A program made the position numbers and the translations under genes. A DNA stretch of 60,965 bases, filler included, from Squatina squatina (lineage: Eukaryota): the NCBI GenBank assembly GCA_031763465.1. It is 3 parts of 3 records of this genome, joined end to end, with 100 filler letters (N's around TTAATTAATTAA, not from the genome) between each part and the next. Parts side by side here need not be neighbours in the genome. Positions count along the whole stretch, not along the records: positions 46,021 to 60,965 come from JARFOE010000004.1; 2 more parts are not named here. The stretch is one strand, 5' to 3'. Positions 51,798 to 60,965 of the stretch are shown in pieces; within the stretch, counting starts at the first letter, position 1; every line of letters begins with the position of its first letter. The notes under the pieces are model-generated. The model was not told the origin of the DNA. It saw only the letters and a program-made list of their open reading frames with translations, and made no database searches.

Positions 51798-53278
51798 GTA
51801 AGTGAGCTCGGCGGTACCCTTCGCTTCATTGTTTTCCCACCTATTCTGTCACATCTCTGTCTCTCACTTGTATAGTTCGGAGGGCAGGGCCGCGTGCCCA
51901 TGAGCCTTAACTCCCCACTCTATCCGCAATTTAAAAACAATTGTATTCGCCTGTCTTTTAACAAACCCGGAGACACTGTTACCCACCGAACACTCATTTC
52001 TACGTGTACTGGAAAAAAAAACCCTCGTGAGGAACGGCTTTTAAAGTTATCCCCAAGGTACGGGATTGCATAATGTTTTTATGTGTTGATCTAACACATC
52101 CAGTTAATTCTACTGCAATTCCTGAATTCCACCAAATTTTCTGGTAAGTACGAAGAAGTCACAGTTCGTGCAATTATCACCTTAAGCTGTCAAAAGTGAG
52201 CCTGAGCATCTTTAGGTTCTTTTAAGCAGAAGAAAAAGAGAGGACGAGACCTCATGATGTGCTTTAATAGTGAATTTACACAAGTGGATCTACAGAGGAA
52301 ATTGGACGCTGCCCCATGCCTGACAACTAGTGCAGCTACTAATCGTACACATTATCTCATGATTCCATTACTTTGCACCAAATTCTCACTTTGTTGTTAT
52401 TTATTTCAATTTATTGGACAATTGTATTTGTTTTAAGCACACAAAAATTTTTCAAAAAATCCAGGGAGGGGGATTTTTGTATTACACAGCGAGTTGTGAT
52501 GATCTGGAATGCACGGTGCAACCAGATTCAAAAGGAAATCGGATAAATACTTGAAGGGGAAAAATTTGCAGGGNNNNNNNNNNNNNNNNNNNNNNNNNNN
52601 NNNNNNNNNNNNNNNNNNNNNNNNNNNNNNNNNNNNNNNNNNNNNNNNNNNNNNNNNNNNNNNNNNNNNNNNNACAAGGTGATGCTACCTCTCTCCCAAC
52701 CTGCTGAGGTCTCCTCAAACTAATCTCTTTGACTATGTCCTCAGTCACTTCCTTGGGATGTCTAGCAGTGTTCACTATGTTAAAGACATGTTGTAATGTG
52801 ATAGCTACAGTACTAATGCACATGTGTGCGAACAACTGACTGAAATATGCGGAGATTGTGTTTATTAGCATTTCTGAAAGGTGATTTTACTTGCTCATTA
52901 TTGCTTTTTATGTTTACTACCACACTAACCATTCAAGTGCATTAAGTTTGAACTGATATCTGATGTACAAACATTAACCTGATCCAATGTGGCCCGGAAC
53001 TTTTTCGTAATTTAAGGTGTTTTGTTTTGCTTTATTTCAAGGTTACAAATTTTCCTTCCAAGTCAGAAAAGTAACTGCTGCCTACAGTTGCCATAGCGAG
53101 GTCTAAACTGAGGTAGCAGACAAACAAGTTGACTGGCTGAGTTTCACACAGTTTGACTGTGGGACCTTATGGAGAAGACAAAATCCTGATGGCCCACGCT
53201 AAGCTCAGTGACTGTGAATGAAAGTGACTGCAGACATTTCTAGCATCATTATTATGATTGTTATTATTATTAAAGGCC

Positions 53279-53565
53279 ATGGCCACAGCATCAAGAGGAG
53301 TTCCCCCGCAGCCACCGGCAGCTAAGAGTGTGATAGTTTACCGAAATGGGGATCCGTTCTTCACTGGCAGAAGGTTTCTCATCAACAAACAAGTCTCCAC
53401 CTTTGACACTTTCCTTAACCAGGTCACCAAGGGCATTAACGCACCCTTTGGGGCAGTCAGGAACATCTACACCCCTAAGGAGGGACACAGAGTCTTTGAT
53501 CTGGATGATCTGGAGAATGGAGCCAGCTATGTAGCGGCGGGAGTGGAGAAGTTTAAAACCCTGGA
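53279..53565 (+). CDS. DCDC2C: Doublecortin-domain protein (DCDC2 family, DCDC2C by synteny), first coding exon, DCX domain 1
   Basis: aaag|GCC ATG G (good Kozak)...CTG GA|gtgagt; MATASRGVPPQPPAAKSVIVYRNGDPFFTGRRFLINKQVSTFDTFLNQVTKGINAPFGAVRNIYTPKEGHRVFDLDDLENGASYVAAGVEKFKTL; follows ALLC as DCDC2C does in tetrapods. Confidence 0.85.
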
Positions 53566-54823
53566 GTGAGTATTATATAGTAACATTGGAATCCTTGTGG
53601 TGCAGTAAGATATGTAGCAGGCCAAGCTCAGCTGATTTAATATAAGCTTGATAGACCTAATTCTATTACATCATTGTGTTAGACAAACTGATCACCGGCA
53701 AGGATGTTGAGCAGTTTTTGTCCATTTTTATAAAACTTATTTCTAGAATCCTTTGATGCAACAACAGATTATTTGCAAATGTACTGACATTTCTGTAAAC
53801 TAGATAATATGACTAGTTCACTGAGAACCCATGTGCACTTGATTAAGAACTNNNNNNNNNNNNNNNNNNNNNNNNNNNNNNNNNNNNNNNNNNNNNNNNN
53901 NNNNNNNNNNNNNNNNNNNNNNNNNNNNNNNNNNNNNNNNNNNNNNNNNNNGCTTCAGCTTCTGAGATTGGAAAGTGAACAGCTGTGAAATGGTAGCTTT
54001 TATACCACTTCTGCAGCTGTCAACTAGTAAAAATAATGGAAAGTCATTGAGAACCTGACACACTTACCTGACGTGAAGCCCAAGTGACAGGAAGTTCCTG
54101 AAAAACTTGGAAAAGTGATAAGTACCTGGTAAAAATCTTTTTCAACACCGATAAAGTGCCTCTTAATGATGTTAATTGGTTGGCCCGCCGCTTGGTGTCA
54201 GGTCTGTGAACTGCAGCCAGACCCGGCACTTTGGAAACAATCAAGGAGGTGGGTTCAGAGTGGACTTCCGACCCGCTGTCAATCTCGGCCATTTTGTCAG
54301 TGGACCTGTCTCCAATCCCATACTCACAGGACTGGTAAGATTCCGGCCTTTGAGTGTAAAACAGGTGATGGCGAGTCAGCAGCCCGTTATACATTGCTCC
54401 TGATTGTTATTCCCATTTGCATTGATCTATCCCCTTGAAAGCTGCCACGTGTCCCGTATGTATCTTTTATTTCTTTTATTTCTCTCATTATGTCTCCTCT
54501 TGTCTCCTGCTAATATCACTGCAGTTTAATCATCTCTTCCACCCAAGCACTTCACATGTCATTCCATTTCTTTTGCTCTGTATTTTTTTTCTTTTTCCCT
54601 TCCCTCTTCCCCTTGTTCTGTTCACCTGTAACATCTCCTGGTCCTGAGGAAGTGTCTTAAAGCCTGAAATGTTGACCAACTCCTCTTTTTCCGCAGATAC
54701 TGCCTGACGATTTGCCCCTCCTTCCAATTTTCTCCTGACGTGTAATGAGTTTTTCTTTGGTTGTAAAATTTGCTTTTAGAGAAGAATAGAGAAAAATAAT
54801 TTTATGAACTAACNNNNNNNNNN

Positions 54824-54958
54824 CATCATCTTTACCAATGGAGACCTGCTGATTCCCCCTGTGAGATTACTTCTACCAAAATATACTGTTCAAGACTGGA
54901 ATCGTGTCCTTGCCTTGATAACAGAGAAAGTCCACTTACGCACTGGAGCTGTTCAAAG
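54824..54958 (+). CDS. DCDC2C: DCDC2C exon, DCX domain 2 (acceptor lost at gap)
   Basis: IIFTNGDLLIPPVRLLLPKYTVQDWNRVLALITEKVHLRTGAVQ(R)|gtagac. Confidence 0.88.
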
Positions 54959-57900
54959 GTAGACTTTTACTCTCTTTACTCAGACAAGCTATGACAATGT
55001 GATACACCACTATGTTTCTGATATTGCTGGAGTTCTGTGTCATTGCTGGAATTTCCTAAAAAGTATCAATGGGTAAGAAATACAGATGTAATTGGCATGT
55101 CATTTCACACAGTTCCCGAGCTACGCAGTGTCATTTGGGAATATGGTCTCTCACGTCAAAGTAACAAAAATAGTGTGAGGTAAATAGTATTGGTTATGTT
55201 GGATAAAACTGGGAGGTTTAGTTCTTGTCCAAAATTATTTCATTATTTTCAATTGAACTAAACATAGGGCTGAATTTCTTATGAAGGCTAAAACCAAAAT
55301 TAGACCCAAATAGGATAAAGAGACAAGACTACAGCTAAAGTTAAAATTATTTGTTGGGCTGGATTTAGACTGGCGATCTGCAATTTTCAGGTCAGATGTT
55401 GGAAATTGAAATGGGTGAATAAAATCATTTAAGCCCCAATTTATTATTTCTCAACCTTATTTGTGACCTTGTGAGTTGTGTGAGAAGTGAAATAGTTATG
55501 AAGGCCCCAATTCAGCTGTGGCGAAACCAGCGGCAGCATTCGGGGCCCATAGCCGAATGTTCGCTGTGACACCAGTAACGTAGAGTGATGCGGCCTTGGT
55601 GAGTTAGTCACCGTTTCGGGTCAGCGTAACGTGGCAATGCTAAATCATGTTTTTTGCCCTCTGAACTTTATGTTTCAAAAAATATTATGGGACCAATGCC
55701 ATGTCACTTCTGGGTTGTGCCAGTGTCACACTGCCGGTGCAACCACGCACGTGCAAGCCATGGCCCCGCCCCCTGCCTTAAAGGCAAGAGCTGCAGGCTT
55801 GCATTCGCAAAGGGACCCAGAACCCACTGGACCACCAGGGACGCCGGAATTGAGGCAAGAAAGTGCTGGCACGCCAGAGAGCGTGCCAACAAGGAGGGGC
55901 TTTGAGTTTTTTCGGGGCGATCAGCCGCCACACATCGGCTGACNNNNNNNNNNNNNNNNNNNNNNNNNNNNNNNNNNNNNNNNNNNNNNNNNNNNNNNNN
56001 NNNNNNNNNNNNNNNNNNNNNNNNNNNNNNNNNNNNNNNNNNNAACGTGCTTTGGGACATCCTGAGATCATAAAAGGCACTATATAAGTCTTTTTTCATG
56101 TGAGATGACATAAAGGGAGTGCATTGAGAAATGTAGATTTCATTCTCTATTATTTTGAGAAACTAAAGAAAAGATACTTTGATATCTTGACCAATTTTCC
56201 ATTAAAAAAAATGAGTTATCAGAATTCAACTCCATTACTTTGTATAATTTGCTATATATGCACATTTATATACAGTTTAGGTCCATTTTATATGCTATAT
56301 ATAAAATATGTACTTGCATGCATTTCTGTCCTATCAACTGGCTCACTTGGAAGTTATGGTTAGTGCTGGTAAATAGAGTGAAAATCCGAGATGTGTAAAA
56401 TTTTTATAGGAAGTGATAGTTAATTGTAACCACAGTTAGACTCTTTAGTGCATTTTGTGAAGTGTATTCAATAGAAATTATTAACATTAAAATGAATAAC
56501 AAGCTGTCTTTAAGCTATATTCTCTTTCGTCTTGAATGTAGGAAGAAAACTTGTTCATGTGGTGAAAAAAAATCAGTTTACCCTTTCTCATGCAAAATTA
56601 ACTAATGATTTTGTCCTCTGAGTATGAATGACAATTTCACTGCCCAGTGATGTGATAATTTAACAGCGATAATTATCACTTAAGAGTCCAATTACACCGT
56701 GCATTTAAAATCTAAAAGTGAATCACCTATAAAATAAATACACGACTGAAAGATATGAAAGCATCATTGCTGGTACATTGTTTTATATGTCCGTGGCCTA
56801 CAGCACAGCACTATGTAATGTATCATAATTAACTGACCTCACACTCACTTTGAGTTAATAGTATCCCAAGTGGGGGAGGGCTAAAAGTTTTTCTCTGGTT
56901 GCTGCAGATTAGTGACATTATTGGCGTGAAATTGCGTACTGCTCTGGTTTGGGGCAGTAACAGCTGCGAGGTGGGACTTCCTGCATCAGGTGCAGAAGTC
57001 CCGCCCCGCGAGCTAAATTGAGCTTACCGTCCCGAGAGGAACTGGAGTGCAAAATCTCACACGTCACCTCAGCGGGACCGGGATGTAAACCACTGTGAAT
57101 TTTCCAGCGCTACGCNNNNNNNNNNAGGGACATAGCGCTGGCGGGAAGACAGGGCCCTCCCCTTCCATTAATGGGGAAGGCCAAGCTGCCGACTCTGCAG
57201 GAGGGAGAAGGGGCTACCGCTAGAGCACCAAGGAGCGGAGTGCTGGGCTGCAACATTGCGGCATGGACCCCGCGATCTCAGGTTGAGCAGGTTGCGACTG
57301 GTAAGTCGGCCACTGAAAACATTTTCAGTGCTGCACCTCCCCTTTAATTTTTGCCCTGTGAGCAGCCTACAGCCCGATATGTGCCCCGTGAAGCTGGTGC
57401 GGGCATTGCCTGTGGCAGCTTCATGGGACGCTACTGAATTTTCGCCCTGGGGCAAAAACGGGTCGCTGCGTACAGTGATGACGTTGTCATCGCCAGTGGA
57501 GCGGCCTGTGATGCTACCAGTAGNNNNNNNNNNNNNNNNNNNNNNNNNNNNNNNNNNNNNNNNNNNNNNNNNNNNNNNNNNNNNNNNNNNNNNNNNNNNN
57601 NNNNNNNNNNNNNNNNNNNNNNNAGAATAATTCTTCCCCCATTGTATCACTGTGCTGGCACCCTTAACAGTAAGTCTGCTTTAGAATGTGTAACTAATTC
57701 AGATCCTGCCCCTCCAAATGCACAGCCTTCAATTTGCAGGATCCAAATAAGTTACTTTAACATTTTCCCCATGCATGGACAGAGTCCACCATACAGAAAT
57801 CCTCGGGCCTCGTGGCAGGTGCACAACACAACTACGTTCTTTTTACAGCACCTTTAGCTTAGAGAAATATGCCAATGTGCTTCACAGAGGAAGAAAATGT

Positions 57901-58429
57901 CAGAGGCTGAGCCTTTGTGGAAGAGTTAGAAGAGGCGATTGAGAGCTTGGTCCGCTACAAAGAGAATGAAAGAAAACTTTGATCCAAGCCACAGTGATTC
58001 CTCTTCACTTCATGTAAATGGTTAAAGCTATCTGTAAATCTATTCATTGTTTGTTGCTTTTGGTTACACACAGTTATCACTTGAGTCCCTCCTAGGCAAG
58101 TCCTTGTTAATTTATTTTGTATTTTTACATGTGAATAAGGGTCCTGTGTTCTTGCAAAGCAGTTATAATGTTAGTTACACAAAGGTCTCATTTTGTTAGT
58201 TCTCTTCAATTTATTTTGACCAGCATCGCATTTATACATTGCTTGTTTGATATTTATCAAATTTAATGACTTTTGAAATTTTATAGAGCAAAGGGGAAGA
58301 ACTTGAAATGGTTCCCAGATTAATAAGTGATCTGGCTACTGAATATGGGAATGAACTAAGTGGCAAGACAATGGATGCTGACCTCGGATTTATTATGGTG
58401 GTTATAGATATGTGTGCATTTTGTTACAG

Positions 58430-58484
58430 ATTTCACTCCGATCTGCTTCCTCCAATCAGAAGAGGTCGAAAGGTCAGGGGAAAG
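58430..58484 (+). CDS. DCDC2C: DCDC2C small exon
   Basis: ttgttacag|A TTT CAC...GGA AAG|gtatgg; 55 nt; FHSDLLPPIRRGRKVRGK with the LPPI plus basic motif seen after the DCX domains in DCDC2. Confidence 0.7.
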
Positions 58485-59352
58485 GTATGGTTTTACTTTT
58501 TTTCCCCTTGTTCTATTATGATTGAATTCATTATACAGTTAGGCTGGAGCCTGCTGCAATAACTCAGTCACATAAATCTATCATCTCTACAGCATTTTAA
58601 AGTGAGATAGGTCNNNNNNNNNNNNNNNNNNNNNNNNNNNNNNNNNNNNNNNNNNNNNNNNNNNNNNNNNNNNNNNNNNNNNNNNNNNNNNNNNNNNNNN
58701 NNNNNNNNNNNNNCAAAAGCGAAATACTGCGGATGCTGGAATCTAGAATACAAACAAAAATTGCTGGAAAAACTCAGCAGGTCAGGCAGCTTACATTTCA
58801 TTGTAAGGTTCTTAACTTTTAGTAAGTTATCGTATACTGGGAATCTATCCAGTTACTTCAATTTTATTCTGCAAGCAAAAAGAAAATCAAACCCAGAAAC
58901 TACCGAATGATGGATATGCCATGGCATTTCATAATTGCCATTGCTACCCACTAAACATAATTGATGTTGCAGATAGCCAATATTTCAGAATCAATGCTAA
59001 AAAGTCATATCATCAATCAACAACAGCAAGGAAATGTGTCTCACTTTAAGCATTATACTTTTCTTTCTACCTTAATAAATGATTAGATTAGACTTGTGTA
59101 GAATAATCAAGTATGTGGAGTCTCTTAGGAGAGAATTGATCTACTCAAGGATATGACTGGTCATTTTTTTTAACAAGGAAATGAATTGACTTTGGAGTAA
59201 ACTTCTACAGTGTTTGGTTCAATAACTGTGTATAGGTTGGCCATATACTTTGTAGAATCGCTTACAATGATATTAAATCTCTGCCAAAATGCAATTTCAC
59301 ACATGGCCTAGCCCCTGCTTCCCACTAACTATACAAATATAACAGGATTCTA

Positions 59353-59965
59353 GAGATGAGTTGATACAATTCATTGGTTCAATTTCACTTCTGAGATTTG
59401 GGTTTAAATTCAGCCCAGAGATATAAAACAAAAGTAATTTACCAATCTCATTTAAAAGCTATGAGGTGTTAGTGATGTGACAAATAACCTGGGATTAAAT
59501 TTGAGTCCAGAATACAGGATAAAATGTCATCTGGCAAACTGTGAGGGTACTAAACATCCATTCATAATTGTTAATTTCCACTACAGTAGGTTTAATATTT
59601 CAGGGTCGATGGAGGGAGTTGCTGTACATCATTTTTCCAATGTGCTTTTTGTAGTGAAGCTAAGTAAAGTTTGCAAACTCATGTACAAAGTATAACAATT
59701 GTTATACTTGGCTTGTAAATGAACTTAATTTTGGCAGTCTGAATCTGGTCCCAGTGGATAGAAGTTCAAAGCACAAGATTATTCATAATTCAGAACTAAT
59801 TTGTCAATCTCACTCAGTGGCCGTAAAGGTTAGGCGAAACAACAAATGGAAATGTCATGCTTGTCCAATACTGATGCATTTCTGAGGCTGAGGGCTGAAG
59901 CCTATTAATATAGCACTGCTTAGTACATCTGACTTGTCCAAAACCTGAATTGAGTATGCTTGATG
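59353..59965 (+). mobile_element. Highly diverged LF-SINE-like relic, interrupted
   Basis: tttcacttctgagatttgggtttaaattcagcccag resembles the LF-SINE head; gtctgaatctggtcccagtggatag...cacaagatt...aactaatttg resembles its core (compared with consensus from memory). Confidence 0.45.
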
Positions 59966-60586
59966 CAATCGCTGGTTGCAGACTGAAAGCATGTGTTTGT
60001 TCCATTCCCTAGCAGACAGTCNNNNNNNNNNNNNNNNNNNNNNNNNNNNNNNNNNNNNNNNNNNNNNNNNNNNNNNNNNNNNNNNNNNNNNNNNNNNNNN
60101 NNNNNNNNNNNNNNNNNNNNNCATAACACGACACAAGCGATGTTATTGTTTTGAACTGGATTGTACTGTACCCCAGTCCCTCTCCCCATCTTAGAGTCAG
60201 TCATTGTGATTATTTTGTATCAATGAAGAAATTAAGTGGATCATTTTCTGCAAAGACTATTTTACAGCTTTGGCACTGTGGCATAAGAGTCCCCTGTGCT
60301 CCCAAATGTAGTGAAGAGTTTTTGCAAATGCTACACTGCCATGATCAGTCAGTAAATCATGAGGTTGTCCAGCTCTATGATTGATAGACTGTTCGGTGAG
60401 ACAGTACAGGAATTAAGGGAAAATCGATGCCCGACTGCTCCCGTGAGCTCTATGTATCGTTAAAAAGGATTAATGAAAAATAAATACGCAGTGCATACTA
60501 ATTATGCAAGCTATTTTATCTGTTTTATGTACAGAAATAAAAACAATTTTAAGAACCTGGGAAATGTTTCTCTCCCTCATTCCTAG

Positions 60587-60775
60587 TCTGAAGGTGATAG
60601 CTCCCACTCAACAACAGATGGACAAGTGCTTGTGGGACCTCCGCAAACAGTCCAAGGGCAATCAAAAGATCTGGAAGCAAAACCATCGAGGGAGANNNNN
60701 NNNNNTCTATTTTCCGTGCAAAGCCCATGAAGGTCAAACACCACAAACATTCAACTGGTCCTTTGGCAGAATATG
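60587..60775 (+). CDS. DCDC2C: Probable DCDC2C exon spanning a 10-N gap
   Basis: Pyrimidine tract and cctag|TCT GAA (phase 0, matching the previous exon); open SEGDSSHSTTDGQVLVGPPQTVQGQSKDLEAKPSRE-[gap]-SIFRAKPMKVKHHKHSTGPLAEY; strong donor G|gtaagt. Confidence 0.65.
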
Positions 60776-60965
60776 GTAAGTTGCGTCAGGTCTCTTGAAA
60801 AAAAAATTCAGGACATTTTATTTCTTCAGGTATTTTGTTTTCTATAACATTATTTCAGAAACACTGTCCCCTCACTGCTCTGTGGCAGAATATAAAAGGA
60901 AATAAAAGCACACACAATTTGTCTTGTCTTGCCCTTTACGATACTTTTCTATGGTTCTCTAAATA

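Noticed and set aside
58287-58562. ORF 58308-58562 as one coding exon
   Set aside because: Only the internal 55-nt exon 58430-58484 has proper splice sites; the rest is intron read-through

Overview
Eukaryotic (vertebrate) genomic DNA from a very fragmented draft assembly. The repeat content (Deu-domain tRNA-SINEs of the SacSINE1 type, CR1 LINE tails, Penelope termini, Harbinger-type elements) points to a cartilaginous fish, most likely a shark. Two artificial linkers (44 N + TTAATTAATTAA + 44 N at 29329-29428 and 45921-46020) split the window into three probably unrelated scaffolds. Scaffold 1 (1-29328) has one DCAF13 exon and four 5' exons of RIMS2 (+), including two small alternative exons, plus an unexpected isolated EXOG active-site exon on the minus strand inside the RIMS2 intron. 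Scaffold 2 (29429-45920) has no gene I can identify, but carries a CCAAT/TATA promoter-like element and a CpG-rich, foreign-looking LINE fragment. Scaffold 3 (46021-60965) has three ALLC (allantoicase) exons followed by a DCDC2-family gene (DCDC2C by synteny). Many exons are missing in gaps, and most ORFs in the supplied track are artefacts. I find no convincing new multi-gene system. The best leads are the orphan EXOG exon, hammerhead-ribozyme cores in Penelope termini, an LF-SINE-like relic and the CpG-rich LINE. All homology calls come from my recall of family sequences, not from a database search.
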